39,325 bases of DNA from contig CACZFE010000003.1 of the NCBI GenBank assembly GCA_902780365.1, positions 1-39,325 on the forward strand, read 5' to 3'. Position 1 is the first letter of the stretch. Every line of letters begins with the position of its first letter. This DNA comes from an uncultured Spirochaetales bacterium. GTDB taxonomy: Bacteria; UBP6; UBA1177. A program made the translations under genes and the position numbers. Shown in pieces: positions 26,411 through 33,674 of the stretch. The notes beneath the pieces were generated by a model that ran no database searches, was not told where the DNA came from, and saw nothing but the letters and a program-made list of their open reading frames with translations.

Positions 26411-28255
26411 ATGATTATTTTGACTGAAGCGCATAGTATTGCTGAGATATTTTCAAACGAGGCAAGTAAAAACCGTTTTTACACTATCCCCAAATATCAA
26501 AGAGCTTACACTTGGGGACAAAAGGAGTGGGATCTCCTTTTTGATGATATAATCACAAATGATAACGGATATTTTTTAGGTTCCTTTATCTGTATCAGCA
26601 GAGATAATGCCGGTATGGCATCATTTACTACATTGGAAGTGATTGACGGGCAACAAAGACTAACAACAATGTCGCTCCTTTTAGCGGCATTATATAAGAA
26701 ATTATTACAGCTCAAAAACAGAATGACAGATGAACAAATCTCTGATTTTATTGACTTAAAAAAACGCTTAGTCAAAGAAAAAGACAAAATTCCGACCCCT
26801 GTTTTGACTCTGCAAAATCAGAACCAGAATTGCGATGATTACTTCTGCATTCTGTGCAATGAGTTGAATCTGCTGAAAGATAAACCTAAAATTCAGTACT
26901 ACGGCAATCGAAAAATTTACTCTGCTTATCGTCATTTTATTTCTAGAATAGATGCAGAAGTTGCCGAGCGGCAAAAAGAAGATCCTGAACTTGATTCCAT
27001 TGATACTTACTTTGGATTTGTAAAAAAATTCTGTTCTGCCGTTATGGTTGCCATTGAAGTCGGCAACAACAAAGATGCCTATATGCTTTTTGAATCGTTA
27101 AACAATAGAGGAATCCCCCTTTCCGCAATGGATCTCATTAAAAATTACATGATCGCCAAAGCAGAGAAGTCTGGAAAAATCGACGAATGCCATGAACAAT
27201 GGTTGAGAATCATTGATAATTTGACGGATGATGTCAATATCCAGGAACGTTTTTTCCGTCAGTATTACAATGCATTCAGAGACGAACTGAAGGGACCAAC
27301 TTCTGCGAAAGAAGAGAATGGCAAGTATCGTTTAGGTGCAATCGCAACAAGAACTACACTTTTGGATTTGTACGAAAAGATGATTGATGGTGGGTTGGAA
27401 TCATTTCTAAACAATCTTGAAAAAGAATCTGAAAACTATTCGATTTTAATAAACAATGATGATGCAACTGATAAAAAAGTCAAAAACGCCTTGTTGAACT
27501 TGGAGCGAATTCAGGGCACTCCATCATATATTTCATTACTCTATATTCTTTCAAAAAAGGAAGAACTTGAAATAACCAATGATGTTTTCATAAAAATTAT
27601 TAATTTTCTTACAAAATTCTTCGTTCGACGCAATTTGACAGATATACCGGCTACGAACAAACTGACCAAAATTTTCATGGAATTAAATACTTCATTAAAG
27701 TCAAAGAGAGGAAATGAGGTTTATGAGGAAATCAAAAGAGTTCTAATATCGAAAAGTGCAATAGACTCTGAATTTGAAGAGAAACTCAAAGGTCCTGTTT
27801 ACGACGAAAATGCAGATGTTACCAGATTTTTACTTTGCTTCTACGAAGAAAATTTCAACACCAGAGAACATATTGTCGATCTTTGGTCTCGGGAAAACAA
27901 AAAATATATATGGACTATTGAACACATTTTTCCTGAAGGTGCAAATATACCCGAATATTGGGTAGACATGATTGCTGGTGGAGATTATGACAAAGCAAAA
28001 AAAATCCAAAACGACTATGTTCACACCTTAGGCAACCTAACCATTACGGGATACAACTCCAATTTGGGAAACAAAGCCTTTGAGGAGAAAAAAAATCGTC
28101 AAAAAGACGGGAAGGATATCGGTTATAAAAACGGTCTAAAACTTAATGAAGATGTTGTTTCCCAAGAAAAATGGACTATTGACAACATAACCGCCAGAAC
28201 CGGTAAACTTGTAAAGGAATTTAAGAAGCTTTTTGACTTAAACAACGATAACTAA
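26411..28255 (+). CDS. DUF262 + DUF1524 (GmrSD-like) type IV modification-dependent restriction endonuclease
   Basis: N-terminal DUF262/ParB-like motifs are IPKYQRAYTWGQKEWDLLFDDI and DGQQRLTT. C-terminal His-Me finger DUF1524 motifs are WTIEHIFPEG, HTLGNLTITGYNSNLGNKAF. ATG 26411 is preceded by AAGGAGG. Confidence 0.88.
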   Translation: MIILTEAHSIAEIFSNEASKNRFYTIPKYQRAYTWGQKEWDLLFDDIITNDNGYFLGSFICISRDNAGMASFTTLEVIDGQQRLTTMSLLLAALYKKLLQLKNRMTDEQISDFIDLKKRLVKEKDKIPTPVLTLQNQNQNCDDYFCILCNELNLLKDKPKIQYYGNRKIYSAYRHFISRIDAEVAERQKEDPELDSIDTYFGFVKKFCSAVMVAIEVGNNKDAYMLFESLNNRGIPLSAMDLIKNYMIAKAEKSGKIDECHEQWLRIIDNLTDDVNIQERFFRQYYNAFRDELKGPTSAKEENGKYRLGAIATRTTLLDLYEKMIDGGLESFLNNLEKESENYSILINNDDATDKKVKNALLNLERIQGTPSYISLLYILSKKEELEITNDVFIKIINFLTKFFVRRNLTDIPATNKLTKIFMELNTSLKSKRGNEVYEEIKRVLISKSAIDSEFEEKLKGPVYDENADVTRFLLCFYEENFNTREHIVDLWSRENKKYIWTIEHIFPEGANIPEYWVDMIAGGDYDKAKKIQNDYVHTLGNLTITGYNSNLGNKAFEEKKNRQKDGKDIGYKNGLKLNEDVVSQEKWTIDNITARTGKLVKEFKKLFDLNNDN

Positions 28256-28295
28256 AACATACTCCGAAGATCCCCCCAAAAATCCCCAAAAACCT

Positions 28296-28440
28296 CATTA
28301 AAGTTATTGAAATTTCTGCACATAAACCAAAAAATTTTTCACTACGACGCTATATGTCGTAGCGGACTTTTACAATCCGTTTTCAGGTGGGACAGAACAC
28401 AGTTCCCGTGTTTTTTTTAATGATGAAAATGGAGGCGGAC
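28296..28440 (+). repeat. leader repeat copy B (ends at the LRR2 ATG)
   Basis: The same core as copy A. Inverted repeat CTACGAC-N7-GTCGTAG (28342-28362), hairpin region from 28389 followed by GTGTTTTTTTT, and GGAGG (28431-28435). The 5' part (28296-28325) is a degraded homologue of the WYL gene 3' end. Confidence 0.85.
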
Positions 28441-29127
28441 ATGACGATTTTGGATGAAAAAACGGCAAAAGAACTTTTAAACAATGGAGGAAGCCATGTG
28501 GTTATACCTGATTTTGTGACAGAAATCGGAGAAAATGCGTTTGAAGACTGCGAAGAAATGACTTCGGTGGTTATTCCGAATTCAGTTAGAAAAATCGGTA
28601 AAGGTGCATTCCGTTGGTGCGACCACCTGATTTCTGTAGTTATTCCGAATTCAGTTGAGAAAATCGAAGATTTCGCATTTATCAATTGTGCCCAGCTGAA
28701 ATCAGTAATCATTCCGGATTCCGTGACAGAAATCGGCGAAAATGTTTTTCACTGTTGCTTCGAACTGACTTCGATCACCGTTGACAAAAACAATCCGAGA
28801 TACGATTCGCGCGGAGACTGCAACGCAATAATCGAAACAGCCACAAACACTTTGATCAAAGGCTGTTCAAGCACGATAATTCCTGATACCGTGACAACTA
28901 TCGGTAAAAATGCCTTGGAAAACTGCGACATGACATCCGTGGTCATTCCGAATTCAGTTACAAAGATAGAAGATTACGCATTTTGCTGCTGTCAGGATCT
29001 GATATCCATAGTTATCCCCGATTCCGTAACACAAATCGGAAACGCTGTCTTTTGCGGTTGCCCCAAAATATCGGAAAAAAGCAAAAAACGGCTTAAAGAA
29101 CTCGGATATGATTTTGATGGGGATTAG
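28441..29127 (+). CDS. leucine-rich repeat protein, BspA/LRR_5 type, no signal peptide (LRR2, paralogue of LRR1)
   Basis: Nearly identical to LRR1 at both ends (MTILDEK.AKELLN...VVIPDFVTEIGENAFEDCEEMTSVVIPNSV and ...ELTSITVDKNNPRYDSRGDCNAIIETATNTLIKGCSSTIIPDTVTTIG...). It diverges in the second and third repeats. ATG 28441 lies 5 nt after GGAGG. Confidence 0.85.
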   Translation: MTILDEKTAKELLNNGGSHVVIPDFVTEIGENAFEDCEEMTSVVIPNSVRKIGKGAFRWCDHLISVVIPNSVEKIEDFAFINCAQLKSVIIPDSVTEIGENVFHCCFELTSITVDKNNPRYDSRGDCNAIIETATNTLIKGCSSTIIPDTVTTIGKNALENCDMTSVVIPNSVTKIEDYAFCCCQDLISIVIPDSVTQIGNAVFCGCPKISEKSKKRLKELGYDFDGD

Positions 29128-29203
29128 AAATTAAAAAGTCGATTTTAATCCGTTCACAGCTATAATTTGTCAGTTTTTTGATAAATCGACATTTATATCG
29201 GAG

Positions 29204-30889
29204 ATGCCAATGACTGATGCTAACTATTTAATACCATTGAAATTTTTAGAGGAATATGGTGGGAAGCCATATAAAGTTCCTGATAGAGATAAAATGAAAA
29301 AAGCAGGACAAGATGCAACTGGTGAATTGAAAAAAATAGTGAAACTTTGCGATGAAAAATTTCACCTGTGTCAAAGTGGACAAATACGATGGTTGACAAC
29401 TAACGGTCAGAAAATAAAAAGTTATTTGTGGGTTCAGCTTAAATATAAAGATAAAAAGGACGATCCTGTGAGCATTTCTATTTTTGTTGAAAAATCTCCG
29501 AACACATCAAAACCCAGATATCGTTTTTGTCTGGACCTTAAAGATAATGCTATCACAAAAAAAGATCTTGAAAAATTTCACCGTCATCTGGAGATAAAAA
29601 AACCTGATGATCTGGAATATTTTAGTGCGGGAGATGGAACAATACTGTCCCAAAGTCGGGAAGAACTACAGGAAGAAATCAAGAAAGACTCTAATCTAAA
29701 AGTACAAATTGGCAGAGTTGTCGAGGACAAAAATGAATTGACGAACGAAAATATTGAAAAAATAATGCTCGAATTAATACCATTTTATAAGCATGTAACC
29801 GGCAAAGATATTTCTGAAGATAACCAAAAAGACGGAGGTGAAAATATGAAAGATAACTTTGGCAAAAATATGATTCTTTACGGCCCTCCTGGAACCGGAA
29901 AAACATATAACACGGCTATTTATGCGGTTGCGATTTGTTGTCCTGAGCTATCTTTCGAAAAATGGAAAGAAAATTATGAAGAAGTTATGAAGCGTTACAA
30001 AGAACTTAAAAATCAAGGCAGAATTGCTTTCACAACTTTTCATCAGTCTTACGGATATGAGGAATTCATAGAGGGAATAAAACCTGTTACGAAAAGTGAT
30101 CAAACCGGCGATATCAAATACGAAATCAAGCCTGGAATATTCAAAGAATTCTGTGAGAAAGCCGGAAAAGACAAGGACAATAATTATGTTTTCATTATTG
30201 ATGAAATAAACCGAGGAAATATCTCGAAAATTTTTGGTGAATTGATCACTCTTATTGAAGACACCAAAAGAGAAGGAAGAACTGAAGAAATGTACGCGAA
30301 GCTTCCCTACTCCCAAAAAGACTTTAGTGTTCCGAATAATGTTTATATTATCGGAACAATGAATACAGCCGACCGTTCTATCGCTCTTATGGATACAGCA
30401 CTTCGCCGTCGTTTTCAGTTCATTGAAATGATGCCCAATTACGAACTCCTTGAAGGGAAAAAAATTACAAAAGATGGAAAAGAGATTGATCTTAAAAAAA
30501 TGCTCGAAACCATAAACAATCGCATTGAATGCTTATATGACAGAGAACACACTATCGGACACGCTTTATTTATGGGGCTTACAGAAAAATCCGATATTAA
30601 AGACTTGCAGAAGATTTTTGAAAAATCCTTGATTCCGCTTTTGCAGGAATATTTCTACGAAGATTATCAAAAAATTCAGTTTGTTCTTGGTCATAAATTC
30701 ATCGAAGAAACTAAAAACACAGATGTTTTTAAAGGGAATGTCGATATAGATCTCCCAGAAACAAGGTATGAATTGAACAAAAAGGCTCTTAATGATATAG
30801 AAAGCTATATCGAAATATACGAGGAAATACTCAAACAGAAACCGAAAAACCCAAAGATACAAGTGACAATAAATGAAAGAACTTCTTGA
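29204..30889 (+). CDS. mcrB: McrB-like AAA+ GTPase subunit of a type IV restriction system, with an unassigned N-terminal domain
   Basis: Walker A LYGPPGTGKT (nt 29882-29905), FIIDEINRGNISKIFGELITLIE and IIGTMNTADRSIALMDTALRRRF are McrB/AAA_5 signatures. I could not assign residues 1 to about 205. ATG 29210 (GGAG 6 nt upstream) is an alternative start. Confidence 0.85.
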   Translation: MPMTDANYLIPLKFLEEYGGKPYKVPDRDKMKKAGQDATGELKKIVKLCDEKFHLCQSGQIRWLTTNGQKIKSYLWVQLKYKDKKDDPVSISIFVEKSPNTSKPRYRFCLDLKDNAITKKDLEKFHRHLEIKKPDDLEYFSAGDGTILSQSREELQEEIKKDSNLKVQIGRVVEDKNELTNENIEKIMLELIPFYKHVTGKDISEDNQKDGGENMKDNFGKNMILYGPPGTGKTYNTAIYAVAICCPELSFEKWKENYEEVMKRYKELKNQGRIAFTTFHQSYGYEEFIEGIKPVTKSDQTGDIKYEIKPGIFKEFCEKAGKDKDNNYVFIIDEINRGNISKIFGELITLIEDTKREGRTEEMYAKLPYSQKDFSVPNNVYIIGTMNTADRSIALMDTALRRRFQFIEMMPNYELLEGKKITKDGKEIDLKKMLETINNRIECLYDREHTIGHALFMGLTEKSDIKDLQKIFEKSLIPLLQEYFYEDYQKIQFVLGHKFIEETKNTDVFKGNVDIDLPETRYELNKKALNDIESYIEIYEEILKQKPKNPKIQVTINERTS

Positions 30890-32177
30890 AGTAAGGGAGT
30901 TTGACTCAATAGTATGCGGAAGTGTCCGCGAAAACAGTAGCAATTGCAAGCCGTTAGATAAAGTGCAATTCGACGAGCTTCTTAAATTTATCCGTGAATT
31001 TAGCAGTGACGAAGCAAACAGTGATGCTTTGGAATTTATGAGAATCGGCTATAAGCGCAATATCGGAGATTTCATAAACATCAGAAATTATGTCGGGCTG
31101 ATTCAACTGAGAAACGGATTCCAAGTGCAGATTCTTCCTAAAATCGATTTTGGGAAAGATGACCAAGATAATTCTCAGACAAAGAAAGTATTTCTGAAAA
31201 TGCTCAGGAGCTTGAAGAATTTTCCTTGCAAGGCTTTCAATGACGCAAACTTGAAAGTAGACAAGATGAACCTTTACGAGATATTCATAAATATGTATCT
31301 CCAAGAAGTTCGTCAGTTGGTAAAAAGAGGAATAAAATCAGACTATGTAACTCAGGAAGACAATATTTCGCACTACAAAGGAAAACTTCTTGTAAACCAG
31401 CATATACAGATGAATTTTGCCCACAAAGAGCGTTTTTATGTCGCGTTCGATGAATTTCATCCTAACCGACCAGAAAACCGTCTTGTCAAAGCTACACTTA
31501 AAAAACTGCTCAAATTAACCGCAAGCACAGAAAACTCAAAAGAAATCAGACAGTTGTTGTCAGCGTTTGAAATGGTAGAGTCATCAGTAAATTATGAAAA
31601 AGATTTTTCGAAAGTCATCATAGACAGAAATACCGATGACTACAAAATGCTGATGCAATGGTCAAAAGTGTTTTTGATGAACAAAAGTTTCAGCACTTTT
31701 TCCGGCAGCAGCAATTCAAGTGCTCTGCTTTTTCCGATGGAACGTGTTTATGAAAGCTATGTTGCACAGCATATAAAAAAGATCTTCACATCTGACGGAT
31801 GGGAAGTATCTACTCAGGATAAAGGATGTTATTTATTCACGGAACCAAAACGATTTGCCTTAATACCGGATATTGTCCTGGAAAAAGATAAGCGTACTGT
31901 GATAATGGACACCAAGTGGAAAAGCCTTGTTGATGATGAGAGTAAAAATTATGGAATATCGCAAAATGACATGTATCAGATGTACGCATATTCAAAAAAG
32001 TATAAAGCCAAAGAAGTTTGGTTGCTCTATCCGATGAACGAAGCAATGCGTAATCACTCATCAATTTCATTTGAAAGCGATGAAAAAGATGAAAAAACTC
32101 TAGTCAGCTTACATTTTGTCGAGGTTGACGAGATAGAAAAGAGCCTTGGGGAACTTAAAAATAAATTAGCTCATTGA
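30873..32177 (+). CDS. mcrC: McrC-like PD-(D/E)xK nuclease subunit
   Basis: It overlaps the mcrB-like stop by 17 nt. The C-terminal IPDIVLEKDKRTVIMDTKWK (about nt 31869-31916) is the McrC D...D-x-K nuclease motif. Size (434 aa) and position are as in McrBC operons. Confidence 0.8.
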   Translation: MKELLEVREFDSIVCGSVRENSSNCKPLDKVQFDELLKFIREFSSDEANSDALEFMRIGYKRNIGDFINIRNYVGLIQLRNGFQVQILPKIDFGKDDQDNSQTKKVFLKMLRSLKNFPCKAFNDANLKVDKMNLYEIFINMYLQEVRQLVKRGIKSDYVTQEDNISHYKGKLLVNQHIQMNFAHKERFYVAFDEFHPNRPENRLVKATLKKLLKLTASTENSKEIRQLLSAFEMVESSVNYEKDFSKVIIDRNTDDYKMLMQWSKVFLMNKSFSTFSGSSNSSALLFPMERVYESYVAQHIKKIFTSDGWEVSTQDKGCYLFTEPKRFALIPDIVLEKDKRTVIMDTKWKSLVDDESKNYGISQNDMYQMYAYSKKYKAKEVWLLYPMNEAMRNHSSISFESDEKDEKTLVSLHFVEVDEIEKSLGELKNKLAH

Positions 32178-32215
32178 GGATAAATGACGTCAAGTGGTTA
32201 CAAATTGTAACCGGT

Positions 32216-32364
32216 TCAAAATGATCTACAAAAATTTCTGCAAATAAACCTCAAAAAATCTTTTACTACGACGCTATATGTCGTAGCGGGCTTCTACAAT
32301 CCGTTTTCAGTTGGGACAGGACACTGTTCCCGTGTTTTCAATGATGAAAATGGAGGAAAAAAAG
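32216..32364 (+). repeat. leader repeat copy C (ends at the lipoprotein ATG)
   Basis: It starts with tcaaaatgatctaca (32216-32230), identical to 25438-25452 within the WYL gene. Then come a WYL-tail-like ...ttctgcaaaTAA, the inverted repeat CTACGAC-N7-GTCGTAG (32266-32286), the hairpin GGGACAG-gaca-CTGTTCCC plus GTGTTTT, and GGAGG (32352-32356). Confidence 0.85.
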
Positions 32365-33540
32365 ATGAAAAAAATTCTTGTTATTTCGGCTGTTTTTGCA
32401 ACGGTGTTTCTGATCGTTTCATGCGGCGGAAGCACACAAAACAAGAGCGAAGCAAGTGGCAACGGCGAAAAGCCTGATTCTGACGAGCAGGACTCCGAGG
32501 CAGACGATTCAGCGGAATGTAAAAGCGGCCAATTCAAATGCGCCGATTCAGAATCCCTTTACTGCAACAGCTTCGGCTCGTGGGTATTCGATGCGCGTTG
32601 TGAAAACGGCTGTGATCCTGCAACAGGAAAATGCAAAACCGATTCAAATGATAATGATATCGCCGCCGATACTGAGAATGATAATGACAGCGATTTTGAA
32701 AATAACGATACCTCTGACTCCGGCGATGATAATGATTTTGACAACAGCGACACCGCTGATTCCGGCAATGACAGCGATATTGAAAGCAGTGATAATGACC
32801 ACGAAATTCCTGACAATTCCGGCTGCACAGACGGCAAATACAAATGTATTGACTGGGCTTCATGGGTCTGCAATGATTCACATTGGAACTTTAAAGAAAC
32901 TTGCGAATACGGATGTGATCCGGCAACAGGAAAGTGCAAATCTTCAGAATGCATTGACGGAAAATACGAATGTCGTACCGATTATTATTCTAAAGGTCAT
33001 TCTTATTACTGCGACAACGGTCTTTGGGAACACGATCTGTCATGTGAAAACGGCTGTGATTCTGCTACCGGCAAATGCAAAGATATGTGCTATGAAATAG
33101 ATAATAAAACATGGTCTTATTCCAGATCATCAATGACTTGGGAAGCGGCCAAAGAATTTTGCGATAATATGGTTAACTGCGGATATTCAGACTGGCATCT
33201 GCCGACAATCAGTGAACTTAGAACCCTGATTCAAAACTGTCCGGCTACAGAAACTGGCGGAGAATGCGGAGTCTCCGATCAGTGTTTATCATCTAACGAA
33301 TGCTATTATATACATAATGATGGTGACAATAGTTTTTCAACCATCTGTGGTCTTGGTTGTTCTGATTTTTTTAATAGCGGAAAATACAGTAAATTCGGAG
33401 ACAATGATCGTTTTTGGTCATCTTCGCTTCAAGATGATACCGATTCCATCCAAGTATGGGTAGTATATTTTGCCATGGGAATGATACATAGCACTAGTTC
33501 TAATGATTATACACTCCATTCTGTTAGATGCGTGAGATAA
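32365..33540 (+). CDS. lipoprotein with three Cys-knot-like modules, an acidic D/N/S linker and a C-terminal DUF1566 domain
   Basis: MKKILVISAVFATVFLIVSC gives a signal peptide plus lipobox starting exactly at the ATG that follows GGAGG. The module C..G.(F/Y)(K/E)C....C......W......CE.GCD.ATGKCK occurs three times. The linker spans nt 32638-32823. The DUF1566-type segment is CGYSDWHLPTISELRTLIQNCP...RFWSSS...VRCVR. Confidence 0.8.
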   Translation: MKKILVISAVFATVFLIVSCGGSTQNKSEASGNGEKPDSDEQDSEADDSAECKSGQFKCADSESLYCNSFGSWVFDARCENGCDPATGKCKTDSNDNDIAADTENDNDSDFENNDTSDSGDDNDFDNSDTADSGNDSDIESSDNDHEIPDNSGCTDGKYKCIDWASWVCNDSHWNFKETCEYGCDPATGKCKSSECIDGKYECRTDYYSKGHSYYCDNGLWEHDLSCENGCDSATGKCKDMCYEIDNKTWSYSRSSMTWEAAKEFCDNMVNCGYSDWHLPTISELRTLIQNCPATETGGECGVSDQCLSSNECYYIHNDGDNSFSTICGLGCSDFFNSGKYSKFGDNDRFWSSSLQDDTDSIQVWVVYFAMGMIHSTSSNDYTLHSVRCVR

Positions 33541-33674
33541 GGATCATCGTTCATTGTTATCGAAACTTAAAGAGGAAAACAATCAACTCGTGAGCATCAC
33601 TCACGACTTCAAATGTTTATGAAAGGTATCGATTATTCGTATTATTACGAAGAAATATAAAAAATATCTGAGGA

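Noticed and set aside
28387-28440. Conserved peptide MGQ(N/D)TVPVF..MMKME as a genuine N-terminal extension of LRR2 and of the lipoprotein (track starts 28387, 32311, 25556)
   Set aside because: The same frame is closed by TAA (25550-25552) in copy A. Copies B and C would need GTG or TTG starts without an RBS. GGAGG sits 5-8 nt before the downstream ATG in all three copies, and in copy C that ATG opens a textbook lipoprotein signal peptide.
25438-32364. CRISPR array or integron attC sites as an explanation for the three repeated elements
   Set aside because: The repeats are about 140 nt long and 3-4 kb apart, and they are separated by full-length genes. No cas or intI gene is present. The elements end in an RBS plus start codon, which fits a duplicated leader, not CRISPR repeats or attC.
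32456-33100. 214-aa + strand ORF, and - strand ORFs at 32534-32881 and 32559-32954
   Set aside because: These are alternative frames through the repetitive acidic-linker and Cys-module DNA of the lipoprotein gene. The translations are low-complexity, and the lipoprotein frame has a signal peptide and conserved domain motifs.
33588-33606. Hairpin TCGTGAG-catca-CTCACGA as a bidirectional terminator between the convergent lipoprotein and plsX genes
   Set aside because: It is only a 7-bp stem with no adjacent U/T tract on either strand, which is too weak to call.
20885-33674. Calling the accessory island a mobile element (ICE, prophage or transposon)
   Set aside because: No integrase, transposase, relaxase, phage structural gene or flanking tRNA is visible. 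The only boundary features are short local repeats.
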